NCBI GenBank assembly: GCA_043822105.1
Contig: JBDRCD010000009.1
Span: forward strand, 67,098-131,097
Length of the DNA: 64,000 bases
DNA from: an archaeon
GTDB taxonomy: Archaea; Nanobdellota; Nanobdellia; Woesearchaeales; GCA-2686295
Direction of reading: 5' to 3'
Position 1 is the stretch's first letter. Every line of letters begins with the position of its first letter. This document shows, piece by piece, positions 20,560-30,847 of this stretch. The translations under genes were made by a program, and so were the position numbers. Below the pieces are notes generated by a model, which saw only the letters and a list, made by a program, of their open reading frames with translations, did not search any database and had not been told where the DNA came from.

Positions 20560-20940
20560 TCACATTGCAGAATTGTACTGAGCGTTAATCACACTATCTC
20601 TAATTGATTTGTAAGTTCTTATTTCTTTTTGTAGCTTTCGTAGCGCTTTTATTTCAGGTTCACTTAAAGCTCTTCCTTCTCTTTGTTTATTAGTTAATTC
20701 TTCTTCAAATTTTGGGTTGTATCCTGTGAATGTGTTATTGTAAAAATTATACAATAGTTCGATTTCTTCACTATCATGTCTCTCCATTATTGTGCCGTAA
20801 AATGTTGTTTGTCTTGATGGTCTATTCCAATATTCTTCAGGTTGTTCTATACATCCTGATAGAGTAATTGCAGTTGCTACAGCACCAATTGTTCCTTTAA
20901 ATGGTAACTTTTTATATAGTTCGTTTATTTTAATCATCAT
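20560..20940 (-). CDS. hypothetical lipoprotein
   Basis: Signal peptide with lipobox LSGC. Confidence 0.4.
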   Translation of the reverse strand: MMIKINELYKKLPFKGTIGAVATAITLSGCIEQPEEYWNRPSRQTTFYGTIMERHDSEEIELLYNFYNNTFTGYNPKFEEELTNKQREGRALSEPEIKALRKLQKEIRTYKSIRDSVINAQYNSAM

Positions 20941-21071
20941 TTTCTAAACCTCTTTTTTAAGCCATGTGGCTTCTACTGTGTGGTGAGTGCAAGTAAGAAT
21001 ATTAATTTAACTTACCCCTTTTGGCAGTATATATTAGAAATATTTAAATATGTATTTCACTAAAAATAACT

Positions 21072-21800
21072 ATGGATGATGAATTATTTAAGGAACTTGG
21101 CTTCTCACCAAGAGAAATAAGAGTTTATCTTGCTCTTTTAGAACTAGGATCAACAACTATTGGTCCGATAGCGAATAAAAGTAAACTACAATCTTCAAAA
21201 ATATATGAAACATTAGAAAAGCTAAGAGAGAAAGGGCTTGTTAGTTATGTTATTATTTCAAAAACAAAATATTTTCAAGCGTCAGATCCGAAAGAAATTT
21301 TAAATTTGCTAGAGGAAAGAAAAAGAAGGTTTAAAAATGTTTTAGAAGAATTAAGGTTAAAACAAAAGTATTCTGAATCAAAGCAAATAGCCACTGTTTA
21401 TGAAGGTTTCAAATCATTTAAGACATTGTTTAACAAGATTGCAGATGAACTAACAAGCAAAGACGAATATTGGGCGTTTGCATTCAAGGAAGAATATTAC
21501 ACGCCTGCAGTCTCAATATTTTTAAGTAATTTTCACAAAAAATTAGAAGAGAAAGGGATTGAAGATAAATTATTAGGACATACTTCTGTTAAAAAAGCGA
21601 TAACAAAGACTTTCAAAGAAAACAAACATATAAAGATTAAATTCACGGAAAATGAAACTCCTCTTGGAGTTATAATTATAAAAAATAAAGTTATAAATTT
21701 GGTTTGGGGAGAAAGACCAACAGCTATTGAAATTACTTCTGAGCAAATCTATCTTCAGTATAAGAAATTCTTTTTCCAACTATGGAAAGATGCACTCTAA
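21072..21800 (+). CDS. TrmB-family transcriptional regulator
   Basis: N-terminal wHTH (REIRVYLALLELGSTTIGPIANKSKLQSSKIYETLEKLREKGLV) plus a C-terminal sensor-like domain. Confidence 0.5.
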   Translation: MDDELFKELGFSPREIRVYLALLELGSTTIGPIANKSKLQSSKIYETLEKLREKGLVSYVIISKTKYFQASDPKEILNLLEERKRRFKNVLEELRLKQKYSESKQIATVYEGFKSFKTLFNKIADELTSKDEYWAFAFKEEYYTPAVSIFLSNFHKKLEEKGIEDKLLGHTSVKKAITKTFKENKHIKIKFTENETPLGVIIIKNKVINLVWGERPTAIEITSEQIYLQYKKFFFQLWKDAL

Positions 21801-22028
21801 TTACTTAGCCACAATAAGTGTGCTACTTATCTTAACTTCAGGAAGACTTCTGATGTTATCCATTACAAATGTTCCTGCATCTTCAGCTGTTTTCGCTTCA
21901 ATCTTTGCCAGAATATCCCATTCACCAAACAGAATGTGTGCTTCTATAATTTCCTTATGGTCCAAAAGTTCATCCAATACTTGTTGTTCATCATTTCCCA
22001 GCAATCCAATTAACACATATGCAAGCAT
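21801..22028 (-). CDS. stand-alone Lrp/AsnC C-terminal (RAM) domain protein
   Basis: 75 aa ferredoxin-like betaalpha-betabeta-alphabeta pattern typical of AsnC C-terminal domains; no HTH. Confidence 0.5.
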   Translation of the reverse strand: MLAYVLIGLLGNDEQQVLDELLDHKEIIEAHILFGEWDILAKIEAKTAEDAGTFVMDNIRSLPEVKISSTLIVAK

Positions 22029-22077
22029 TTTATTTACCCCCTATATTTTTTGAAAGGAGTTGTGTATTAAAATTTTG

Positions 22078-22833
22078 CTATTTTATTAGTCTGGCAAAGC
22101 TCAGGAATGCTGTGTGTCCAATATCTTTCATCTTTGGTCTTAGAACTCTGTCTTTTATTGTCCATTCTCTTTCCATTATTTCGATTGTTTTTTCATATAG
22201 AAATTTGTCGGTCAATGCTTTTACGAACTGTTGATTTTGGTTTATGCTTGGACTGTATGATACTACAAAACCTCCTTTTTTCAGAATTTTTTCAGCGGTC
22301 TTTACAGCTCTCCAGGGTTCAGTAACATCCAAAATTAATATGTCAATATTTTTTTCTTTTACATTTTTATAGATGTCGCCTTTTTTTACTTCAACATTTT
22401 TGAGATTGAGATTTTTTACATTGTCCTTTGCAACTTTCAGATGATCGTTGTTAATATCATAGCTGATGACTTTTTTTGCTATTTTTCCAAGAAAACATGC
22501 AAGTCCTCCTGAACCGGTTCCTGCATCCATCACGACCGATTCATTGTTTAGTCCTGTGTTTGCTATGATTGCACCGATGTCTTTCAGAGTTATTATCTGG
22601 GCAAGCCTTCTTATTTCCTTGTAATAATCGATGAATGACGGCTCCAGAATAAAATATTCTTCTTTTCCTGCCATAACAGATTTCTTTTTCAAATCTTTTT
22701 TTCTGATCATTCCATACTGGGTTGAGAAGTCTTTGGAATCATCAACCAGGTGTTTTTCAAATTTTGTCAGAGTTATATTTCTACCGTCAACGCTTGTTTC
22801 TCTCTTTTTCTTAATAAGAAGCTTTTTTACCAT
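22078..22833 (-). CDS. trmI: tRNA (adenine57/58-N1)-methyltransferase, TrmI/Gcd14 family
   Basis: SAM motif VVMDAGTGSGGLACFLG; GGFVVSYSPSINQ matches the TrmI motif. Start set at the Met after the tRNA, because the longer ORF would read through tRNA-Cys. Confidence 0.65.
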   Translation of the reverse strand: MVKKLLIKKKRETSVDGRNITLTKFEKHLVDDSKDFSTQYGMIRKKDLKKKSVMAGKEEYFILEPSFIDYYKEIRRLAQIITLKDIGAIIANTGLNNESVVMDAGTGSGGLACFLGKIAKKVISYDINNDHLKVAKDNVKNLNLKNVEVKKGDIYKNVKEKNIDILILDVTEPWRAVKTAEKILKKGGFVVSYSPSINQNQQFVKALTDKFLYEKTIEIMEREWTIKDRVLRPKMKDIGHTAFLSFARLIK

Positions 22834-22840
22834 TGTAAAT

Positions 22841-22916
22841 TGGAGCGGAAGGGGAGATTTGAACTCCCGATCTAGCGCTCTGCAGGCGCTCGCCTTAGCC
22901 GCTTGGCCACTTCCGC
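22841..22916 (-). tRNA. tRNA-Cys (GCA), CCA encoded
   Basis: Manual fold: acceptor GCGGAAG/CTTCCGC; D arm; anticodon stem AGCGC/GCGCT with loop CTGCAGA; T arm GGGAG-TTCAAAT-CTCCC; discriminator T followed by CCA. Confidence 0.85.
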
Positions 22917-23018
22917 TTGAATATGAATGAATAATGGGTGTTTCAAAAACTTTTTGTTTTTGAATGACAAAAATCAGAGATTTTTGTAATTTTATAAAGC
23001 TTATGAACAAAAACAATT

Positions 23019-23669
23019 TCAGCTCATTAGTTCCTGCAGTATGGAGTAGGTTTTTGCAGCATCTTTTTTTCTTATTATGACCGATAGTTCTTTTGTCGCT
23101 GAAATTAGTTCAACCATATTTATGTTGTGCCATGCGAGTCTTCTTATGACTGCAAAGATGACTCCTGGCGTATCAAAGTACTCCTTTGAAAATGTTATTG
23201 TGACCGATACAAGTTTATTCTCTTGTTCTATCAGGTCTTCTTTTTTCAGCATTGAGAGAATTTTTTCTTTATACTGTTCATTGATGATTATTGCTATGTT
23301 TGTGTTTCCTCTGCTTATGTTTAGAGTATCCCCTTTTTCATAGTCAACCATCTGTTGTATTTTCTCAATTACTTTTGAAGCGGTTCTCGTGTTCTTGACG
23401 CCTATGACACAGAGTCCTGATTTAAGACTTAATTCTGAAGTTAATTTGGCTTTTTTTTTATTAGGAATTTTACTTTCAAGTTCTTCACCGTATCTTCGAA
23501 GTGCCATCACAATTGAAGGCAGTTTTATTTTCTTTTTTATTTCCTTTTCAAATCCAGGTTTCAGTTCTTCTGCAAGACCAGGATTGCTTATTATTCCTCT
23601 CTGCATTGCTTCTGCTATGAATGGGTTTTCATCAACGTATTTTTTTACAAGGTGGCTTACATTTACCAT
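23019..23669 (-). CDS. ACT-domain-containing regulatory protein
   Basis: Two betaalpha-betabeta-alphabeta ACT-like segments in the C-terminal two-thirds (GLCVIGVKNT..., GVIFAVIRRLAWHNINMVEL...). Confidence 0.4.
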   Translation of the reverse strand: MVNVSHLVKKYVDENPFIAEAMQRGIISNPGLAEELKPGFEKEIKKKIKLPSIVMALRRYGEELESKIPNKKKAKLTSELSLKSGLCVIGVKNTRTASKVIEKIQQMVDYEKGDTLNISRGNTNIAIIINEQYKEKILSMLKKEDLIEQENKLVSVTITFSKEYFDTPGVIFAVIRRLAWHNINMVELISATKELSVIIRKKDAAKTYSILQELMS

Positions 23670-23776
23670 TCAAATGAAAAAGATTGTTTGATTAATAAAT
23701 ATTGTTATTATTATAACGTTAAGTTATTAATGTTTATTATGCTTCTTCTGTTTCTAAAATATTTAGAGGTATAAAC

Positions 23777-24106
23777 ATGGTGGAAATAGCATCGCAGGGT
23801 GATTCAAACATTGCAAATACATATCCTAATATGATAAAAGCAGATATCAACCTAATTGTTAACGGACAGGGAGATATAAAAGAAAATATTGGATCTGTCA
23901 TTAGAGAAATGACAACCGTGTTTGCTTTAGGTGATAATTACATATTACCAAATGGTCAAACTCCTGCAGAGTTTAATAGCATTATTTTTAATAAATTAAA
24001 CAATTATATCATGACACTTTCTAATCCAAACGGATATGTTGCAGATATTACAGCATTTCAGAAAATGTTTCAGGATCGTTTGTCTATCGAAAACTATAAT
24101 GATTAG
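23777..24106 (+). CDS. hypothetical protein
   Basis: 109 aa ORF; no motif. Confidence 0.3.
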   Translation: MVEIASQGDSNIANTYPNMIKADINLIVNGQGDIKENIGSVIREMTTVFALGDNYILPNGQTPAEFNSIIFNKLNNYIMTLSNPNGYVADITAFQKMFQDRLSIENYND

Positions 24107-24153
24107 AAACTAATTTATTTTCTTATTTCTTTTCTGTTGTTTTAATTAAAAAA

Positions 24154-24228
24154 TGGACCTAGAGGGATTCGAACCCTCGATCTACAGCTTAGAAGGCTGT
24201 CGCCTTATCCAGGCTAGGCTATAGGTCC
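24154..24228 (-). tRNA. tRNA-Arg (TCT), no encoded CCA
   Basis: Manual fold: acceptor GGACCTA/TAGGTCC; anticodon stem ACAGC/GCTGT with loop CTTCTAA; T arm GAGGG-TTCGAAT-CCCTC; discriminator A. Confidence 0.85.
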
Positions 24229-24312
24229 TTGAGGATATGAGAATAAAGCTCTCTTTTAAATCTTTTTACTATTCAGCAACTTTTATAAACTCTTTCTCAC
24301 ACCAACTTATTC

Positions 24313-26739
24313 ATGGCTGAACCAAGGATAAAAGAAAAGCGTTGGAGTATGGATTTAGAAAAACCCATATACGAAAAATGGAAGAAGAACAATGTCTATG
24401 CTTTTGACAAGAAAAAAAAAGGTAAAGTTTATTCTATAGATACTCCTCCTCCATATGTTAATACTCCTGTTCATATTGGTCAGGCGACAACCTATGTTCT
24501 AATGGATTTCTTTGCAAGGTTCAGAAGGATGATTGGTCAAAACGTTCTATTTCCTCTTGGTCTTGACAGAAATGGTCTTCCAATTGAAATGGCTGCTGAA
24601 AAAAAGTTTAAGGTCAGTTTGAAGCAGCTTCCAAGAATAAAATCTGCCGAATACTGTGAAAAAATACTGCAGGAAAGCTCTCTTGCTTCAACAGATACTT
24701 TTCTTAAAGCAGGTATCAGCTTCAACTCATGGAAACTGGGAAGTGAGCCAGGAGATGTATATTACACAGATTCTCCGGAGTATCGTTCGCTAACTCAAGA
24801 AACTTTCATAGACATGTGGAACAAGGATTTGATATATGAAGATAATCGTGCAAACAATTGGTGTCCTGGATGTCAAACAACCATTGCAGATGCAGAGATA
24901 GAATATGAGGATTTACCTGCTTTTTTCAACGATGTGAAGTTCAAAGTAAAAGAAACCGGTGAAGATTTAATTATTGCAACCACAAGACCGGAATTAATCT
25001 GTGCCTGTGGAATGATTATTTTCAACCCAAAGGATAAAAGGTATAAGCATTTGAATGGCAAAACAGCCATAACACCTATTTTCAACAAAGAGGTTCCAAT
25101 AAAAGCTCACCCTTTTGCAGAAATTGACAAGGGAACAGGAATAATGATGATGTGTTCTTTTGGAGACATTACAGACATACGATTTTTCAGGGAGCAAAAT
25201 CTTGAACCGATAATTGCAATAAATCAAGATGGAACCATGAATGAAAATGCAGGAATTCTAAAAGGAATAAATGTTAGGGAAGCTCAAAAAAAAATAGTCA
25301 TGGAACTTGACAAAAAAGGGCTTCTGGTTGGTCAGAAAAGACTTGTTCACAGAACACCCATTTGCGAAAGAAGCAAAAATCCGATTGAATTTATCAACAT
25401 GAAAGAATTCTATGTCAAGCAGGTTGAATTCAAACCAAAGATGAAGGAACTTGCAAAAAAACTTAATTTTTATTCTTCAAAAAGCAGACAGATAATGCTT
25501 GACTGGATTGATTCTGTAAACATTGATTGGCCAATATCCAGAAGAAGATACTATGCAACTGAAATACCTCTATGGTATGATGAAAAGAATAATTTTACAG
25601 CCCTTGCACCCAAAGGAAATTATCACAAACCTTGGAAGGAAGCACCTCCCAAGGACTCAACTGTTTTTGACAATAAAAGAAAAAAAGTTGGTCTGGTTAA
25701 AGATTTTCCAAAGAGCAATTGGATTGGTGAAGACAGAGTTTTTGACACATGGTTTGATTCTTCAATAACCCCTCTTTACATACTAAAATATTCAAGAGAT
25801 GAAGAGTTCTTCAGGAAATCATTTCCCTGCAGTCTGAGACCTCAGGGTAAAGAAATTGTCAGGACCTGGCTTTATTACACTGTTTTGAAAGATTATCTAC
25901 TAACTGGAAAACTTGTTTTTGATGACGTGTGGGTCAACTATCACATTGTTGATGATGATGGTCATAAGATGAGTAAGAGCAAAGGCAATGTTATTGATCC
26001 TCAGGAGGTTTTGAATAAATTTGGTGCTGAACCATTCAGGCTTTGGAGTGCCATTGAAGGTAATCTTGACAGAACAGACTTTAGATGTTCCTTTGAAAGA
26101 ATAGAAGGTGCAGGAAAGACTTTGACAAAGCTTTGGAACGTTGCAAGGTTCATAAGCATGTTTCCGGAGCCAAAAGGAAAACAGGTTCTTTTGGATGTTG
26201 ATAAGTGGGTTATTCATGAACTCAATACTCTTGTAAAACTTTCCAGAAAACAGTTTGAAGGTTATGATTTTCACAATCCTACAACGATGATAAAACATTT
26301 TGTTTGGGAAACTCTTGCTTCACATTATTTGGAACTTGTTAAGAACAGAGCCTATAATCCGGACAAAAAATTCACAAAAGAAGAACAGAATGGTGCACTA
26401 TTTACTCTGAATTACTGTTTGGACACGGTTTTAAAACTGCTTGCACCTGTTGTTCCTTTCATAACCTACAGAATATACGAAGATTTGAGAAAGAAAGATA
26501 TTCATTCTGAAAAGTTTCCAGAGGTTGAACATGATTATAAAGTTCCATTTTCAAAAGCAGATATTGAAAATGTAAATAGTGCTATTTGGAAATTCAAAAA
26601 AGATAATGGCATGAGTTTAAGGGATGGTTTGAAAGAAGTTACTATTCCGAAAAATCTTGCTTCTTTAGAAAAAGACTTGAAAGCTATGCATGCTGTTGAG
26701 AAAATACTATATGGTTCCAAAATAAAAATTAAGAAGTAA
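24313..26739 (+). CDS. valS: class-I aminoacyl-tRNA synthetase, most likely valyl-tRNA synthetase
   Basis: PPPYVNTPVHIGQ (HIGH region); WCPGCQTTIADAEIEY; DTWFDSS; KMSKS (HKMSKSKGN) at ~residue 545. Spacing is ValRS-like. The 808 aa length is short for ValRS. Confidence 0.55.
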   Translation: MAEPRIKEKRWSMDLEKPIYEKWKKNNVYAFDKKKKGKVYSIDTPPPYVNTPVHIGQATTYVLMDFFARFRRMIGQNVLFPLGLDRNGLPIEMAAEKKFKVSLKQLPRIKSAEYCEKILQESSLASTDTFLKAGISFNSWKLGSEPGDVYYTDSPEYRSLTQETFIDMWNKDLIYEDNRANNWCPGCQTTIADAEIEYEDLPAFFNDVKFKVKETGEDLIIATTRPELICACGMIIFNPKDKRYKHLNGKTAITPIFNKEVPIKAHPFAEIDKGTGIMMMCSFGDITDIRFFREQNLEPIIAINQDGTMNENAGILKGINVREAQKKIVMELDKKGLLVGQKRLVHRTPICERSKNPIEFINMKEFYVKQVEFKPKMKELAKKLNFYSSKSRQIMLDWIDSVNIDWPISRRRYYATEIPLWYDEKNNFTALAPKGNYHKPWKEAPPKDSTVFDNKRKKVGLVKDFPKSNWIGEDRVFDTWFDSSITPLYILKYSRDEEFFRKSFPCSLRPQGKEIVRTWLYYTVLKDYLLTGKLVFDDVWVNYHIVDDDGHKMSKSKGNVIDPQEVLNKFGAEPFRLWSAIEGNLDRTDFRCSFERIEGAGKTLTKLWNVARFISMFPEPKGKQVLLDVDKWVIHELNTLVKLSRKQFEGYDFHNPTTMIKHFVWETLASHYLELVKNRAYNPDKKFTKEEQNGALFTLNYCLDTVLKLLAPVVPFITYRIYEDLRKKDIHSEKFPEVEHDYKVPFSKADIENVNSAIWKFKKDNGMSLRDGLKEVTIPKNLASLEKDLKAMHAVEKILYGSKIKIKK

Positions 26740-26757
26740 CAAAAAAATAAAATAATT

Positions 26758-27210
26758 CTAAGAGGCTATTTCGCCGTCTACAATATGTATTTCTGTAGTT
26801 TGTCCTGCAATTGTTGAAACAACCCACATTTCTTGTGCTTCTTCGTTGAAGTAATAGGTTGTTTGTACTTCTCCAACTCCTTGAATGTTTGTGGTTTGGA
26901 CTCCTTTACAGAATTGTTTTCCTTTGTAGGTTTCTATTCCAACGATTTTTGTTGAAACAGATCCGTCTGTTGAGGTTACATCATAGGTTGAACCTGTAAG
27001 ACACCATTCATCAATTGCGCCACTTGTTCCTACTGTTGTTGTAACTTCCACTTCAGTTTCTTCTCCTGGCATTTCTGGTGCTTCAGGAAGATCTTCTCCA
27101 GTAATTGTTACAGTTGTTTTTACTTCAGTTCCTTTTGCTTCTTCAGGTGTTGAATTGCATCCAACCACAAGAAGCATTAGAACAACTAACAATAACACTA
27201 TTCTTTTCAT
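26758..27210 (-). CDS. hypothetical lipoprotein
   Basis: Signal peptide with lipobox VVGC; Thr- and Glu-rich. Confidence 0.4.
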   Translation of the reverse strand: MKRIVLLLVVLMLLVVGCNSTPEEAKGTEVKTTVTITGEDLPEAPEMPGEETEVEVTTTVGTSGAIDEWCLTGSTYDVTSTDGSVSTKIVGIETYKGKQFCKGVQTTNIQGVGEVQTTYYFNEEAQEMWVVSTIAGQTTEIHIVDGEIAS

Positions 27211-27306
27211 ATTATCACCTTTATTTATGGGTTTAGAATTATAATGTTTTTAAAAAATTTGCTATAATAATTAAACATTAAGAAAGTAACAGAAAATAAT
27301 TTAAAA

Positions 27307-27708
27307 TTATTTTGCACAGTTGCAAGCCTTGTATCCTTCATTCAATGCTTTTGTTGTTGATTTGAAAGTTACTTTATGTTTTGGCTTGATATTTTTTGCG
27401 TATGGGCAGTTTGATTCGTGAAATTTCTTTCCGCCTTTAGCTGCGACATAAACTTTTTTTACTCTTTTGACAACTTTTTTTGCAACGGGTTTTCTGATTG
27501 TTACAATTTTTGTCTTTGTTGCTGGCTTTTTAGCTTTTGTATTTTTAACTTTTTCTTGAAGTTTTGTATGACTTAGCTTTAGCTTTGCAACTTCTTCATT
27601 TTGTCTCTTAAGAGCTTTGTTTAATGAAAGAACTTCTTCCTGAAGTTTCATTATATCGTTCTTTGCTAATCTGAAAGATTCCACGATGTTTTGTACGAGT
27701 TGAGTCAT
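27307..27708 (-). CDS. coiled-coil protein with C-terminal Ada-type Zn-binding domain
   Basis: N-terminal coiled coil, basic linker, C-terminal KFHESNCPYAKNIKPKHKVTFKS...ALNEGYKACNCAK matching the Ada_Zn_binding pattern (YH..CP....I..N.V.F.S..EA...GY.PC..C). Confidence 0.5.
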   Translation of the reverse strand: MTQLVQNIVESFRLAKNDIMKLQEEVLSLNKALKRQNEEVAKLKLSHTKLQEKVKNTKAKKPATKTKIVTIRKPVAKKVVKRVKKVYVAAKGGKKFHESNCPYAKNIKPKHKVTFKSTTKALNEGYKACNCAK

Positions 27709-27815
27709 AATATCACCTTATTTACTACTGTGTAATAACAAATCATTTATAAATCTTTAGGTTTTTTATATCGAAATCATTATAAATTTAGCAATAAAAA
27801 CTTTAACTGTGAAAA

Positions 27816-28370
27816 ATGACTGAAATAAAAGTAATAGTGGAGAGAGGAAATGAGCTCTCAGAAAAAAGTATGAAAGAAACAAATGATTTATGGGAGAATG
27901 TTTTTTCAAGCCCCAGAACCACAAAAGCCGTTAATCCAAGCAATATTAAGACATTTATCAACGATACATTTTTTATTGTGAAAGATAAGAACGAAAAAGT
28001 ATTATCTGCAGGCAGACTGAGACCTGTCGAAATTAATTTCCTAGGAAAAACATATTTAATTCAAGGAATAGCAGACATTGCCTCAGCTGTACAAGGAAAA
28101 GGAAATGGCAAAGCTCTTATGACTGCAATGAGAAACTATCTGAAAGAGAAAAATCAGCTAGGACTGGGATTTTGCAAAAGAAAAAATAGTCTTTTCTATA
28201 AAAAATGTGGATATGAAATTGCACCCGATTCTGTAAAAAGATTTGTCTATAAACACCCAGAAAAAAAACTTCATGACGTTGATGTTCTTTTCTTTAATGA
28301 TAATGGATTCATGAAAGCAGTTCTAGAAAACCCAAAAGAAACAGTGTTTATTCCGGTACCACACTGGTGA
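27816..28370 (+). CDS. GNAT-family N-acetyltransferase
   Basis: Motif A VQGKGNGKALM (Q/RxxGxG/A). Confidence 0.5.
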   Translation: MTEIKVIVERGNELSEKSMKETNDLWENVFSSPRTTKAVNPSNIKTFINDTFFIVKDKNEKVLSAGRLRPVEINFLGKTYLIQGIADIASAVQGKGNGKALMTAMRNYLKEKNQLGLGFCKRKNSLFYKKCGYEIAPDSVKRFVYKHPEKKLHDVDVLFFNDNGFMKAVLENPKETVFIPVPHW

Positions 28371-29813
28371 TTATAATCTCTTCACAATAGCACCCTTAGG
28401 TGTGTCGTCAACATAGAATCCTTTTTCTTTTAACTCATCTCTTATCTTGTCAGAAGCAGCCCAGTCTTTTTTATTCCTTGCTTCTTCTCTTTTTTTGACA
28501 AGGTTCATGATGTCTTTAGGAACACCCTGTTTTTCAAAACTCAGAACTCCAAGAACTGAATCTATACTTTGCATGAATTTCTTAACAGAAGAGGCATTTT
28601 TCTTGTTCATTTTTTCACTTGCAATAAGTTTATTTATTTCCTTAGTGAAATCAAATATTGATGCTAAAGCTTCAGAGATATTCAGATTATCATCCATGCT
28701 TTTTTCAAAGTTCTTTTTTGCAGTTTCAATTAATTTTTCAACGTCCTTGTTTTCTTTTCCATCAACAGAATCAAGTTTGTTTACAAATTCCTGGAGCCTT
28801 TCAACAGAAATTTTTGAACCTTCAAGTCCTTTTAGTGTGAAGTTGAGTTTTTGCTTGTAGTGAGTTGCCATTAGTTCATATCTTATGGCTCTTGGATCAT
28901 AGCCTTTGTCAAGAATATCTCTTAGAGTATAGAAATTTCCAAGGCTTTTACTCATTTTTTTACCGTCGACAACTAGATGTTCTCCATGTATCCAGTATTT
29001 TACAAATTTTTTGCCTGTTGCAGCTTCAGATTGAGCAATTTCATTTTCATGATGAGGAAATATAAGATCAACGCCACCTGTGTGGATGTCAAAAGTTTCT
29101 CCAAGATTGTCCATAGACATTGCACTGCATTCAATATGCCACCCCGGCCTTCCTTTTCCGATGTCTGTTTTCCAAAAAACGTCTCCGTCTTCTTTATCAT
29201 GGGCTTTCCATAGAGCGAAATCAGTTGCAGATGCTTTATCATATTCATCCTGTTTGACTCTTTCACCAACTTTTAATTCAGTTATTTTTACATGAGCAAG
29301 TTTTCCATAGTTTTTGAATTTTGAAATATCATAATAAACCGATCCGTCTTTTCCCTTGTAAGCAATTTTTTTGTTGAGAAGAGATTTAACAAGTTTAACC
29401 ATGCTTGGAATTGTTTCTGTTGCTTTTGGAATTATATCTGGTTTTTCAATGTTTAATGTTTTAAAATCCTTGAAGAATTCTTTTGTGTAAAACTCTGTAA
29501 ATTCTTTTAGTGTTTTTCCTTCTTCTCGGCTATCCCTGATTGTTTTGTCATCTACATCTGTAATGTTCATTACATGTTTTACTTTTAATCCTTTGAACTT
29601 AAGATACTTCTTTAGTATATCTGCAAATATAAAACTTCTGAGATTTCCAATGTGTGCATAGTTGTAAACTGTAGGTCCACAACTGTACATGTTTACTTTA
29701 CCTTTGTTTATTGGTTTGAACACTTCTTTTTTTCTCGTTAAAGTGTTGTAGACTTTTATTGCCATAATAGCTGTTGTTCTTTTCAGGTTTTTAAATGTTG
29801 TTTTACAGAGCAA
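28371..29813 (-). CDS. cysS: cysteinyl-tRNA synthetase
   Basis: YSCGPTVYNYAHIGN HIGH region; KMSKSLGN; Cys-binding region; 480 aa. Confidence 0.9.
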   Translation of the reverse strand: MLCKTTFKNLKRTTAIMAIKVYNTLTRKKEVFKPINKGKVNMYSCGPTVYNYAHIGNLRSFIFADILKKYLKFKGLKVKHVMNITDVDDKTIRDSREEGKTLKEFTEFYTKEFFKDFKTLNIEKPDIIPKATETIPSMVKLVKSLLNKKIAYKGKDGSVYYDISKFKNYGKLAHVKITELKVGERVKQDEYDKASATDFALWKAHDKEDGDVFWKTDIGKGRPGWHIECSAMSMDNLGETFDIHTGGVDLIFPHHENEIAQSEAATGKKFVKYWIHGEHLVVDGKKMSKSLGNFYTLRDILDKGYDPRAIRYELMATHYKQKLNFTLKGLEGSKISVERLQEFVNKLDSVDGKENKDVEKLIETAKKNFEKSMDDNLNISEALASIFDFTKEINKLIASEKMNKKNASSVKKFMQSIDSVLGVLSFEKQGVPKDIMNLVKKREEARNKKDWAASDKIRDELKEKGFYVDDTPKGAIVKRL

Positions 29814-29845
29814 TATTTATATATGATAAGGTATGTTTAATATTC

Positions 29846-30847
29846 ATGAGGGACTCAAGGATTGCAAAATATTTTCTTATAGTGCTGTTTGTGGTATTCG
29901 CATATCTGGCAGTAATTACTGTGATGCCAATTATCACAAGTGTCATACTTGCTTTGATACTCACATTTGCATTCTATCCGGTTTACAAGCTGATACAGAA
30001 AACTGTGAAATCAAAGAATCTCAGTGCAGTCATAATGATAGTGCTTTTTCTTCTCATAATAATAATTCCAGGAGGTCTGATTGTTAACTCTTTAATTGGA
30101 CAGTCATACTCAACATACACAACAATACAAAACACAGATTTCAGTGTTCTCAACTCATATATTCCTTCATTCATAAAAGACAATATGAGTTTGGATTCTT
30201 TGTTTGGTGACATAGGACTAAAAGTAAGAGATTTTGTTGTCGGAAATGTGCCTAATATTATAGAATCAATAGCAGATATACTGCTTGGATTGTTTGTAAT
30301 GTTCTTTGTGATGTTCTATGCTTTTAGAGATGGGGATATCTGGATTCTCAAACTTGAGAAGAGACTTCCGATGAAACATGAGTATACGCAAAGATTGCTT
30401 TCAAATACAGAGTCAATCACTAAAGCAGTTTTGTATGGATACATTTTGACGGCTGCAATTCAGGGAACACTCGGAGGGTTGGTCTTTTTAATTCTTGGAA
30501 TTCCAAATGCAGTTTTTTGGGGTTTCATAATGATGATATTCGCAATGATACCTTTCATGGGAACGCCAATAATATTTGTTCCGGCAGCTTTAATACAGCT
30601 ATATGCAGGAAATTATTTTGCAGGAATATTTCTGCTGGCATTTGGATTTTTGGTGCTAATAAACATAGATAATTTCCTAAGACCGAAATTAATTAGCAGC
30701 AAGGCAAAGGTTCATCCTGCAATGGTTCTTGTAGGAGTTATTGGCGGACTCGCAGTGTTTGGCATGGTTGGAATACTTCTGGGGCCAATGATACTAACAC
30801 TTTTCTTTGTAATACTAAAATTCTTTGTTCTAGAATTTGAAGTTTAA
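29846..30847 (+). CDS. AI-2E (PerM/UPF0118) family membrane transporter
   Basis: ~8 TM helices with the family-typical central loop. Start moved to the internal Met to avoid overlap with cysS. Confidence 0.55.
   Translation: MRDSRIAKYFLIVLFVVFAYLAVITVMPIITSVILALILTFAFYPVYKLIQKTVKSKNLSAVIMIVLFLLIIIIPGGLIVNSLIGQSYSTYTTIQNTDFSVLNSYIPSFIKDNMSLDSLFGDIGLKVRDFVVGNVPNIIESIADILLGLFVMFFVMFYAFRDGDIWILKLEKRLPMKHEYTQRLLSNTESITKAVLYGYILTAAIQGTLGGLVFLILGIPNAVFWGFIMMIFAMIPFMGTPIIFVPAALIQLYAGNYFAGIFLLAFGFLVLINIDNFLRPKLISSKAKVHPAMVLVGVIGGLAVFGMVGILLGPMILTLFFVILKFFVLEFEV

Noticed and set aside
22631-22930. 99-aa + strand ORF, plus the N-terminal 61 codons of the long minus-strand ORF ending at 23016
   Set aside because: Both run across the tRNA-Cys gene (22841-22916). 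The real trmI start is the Met at 22833.
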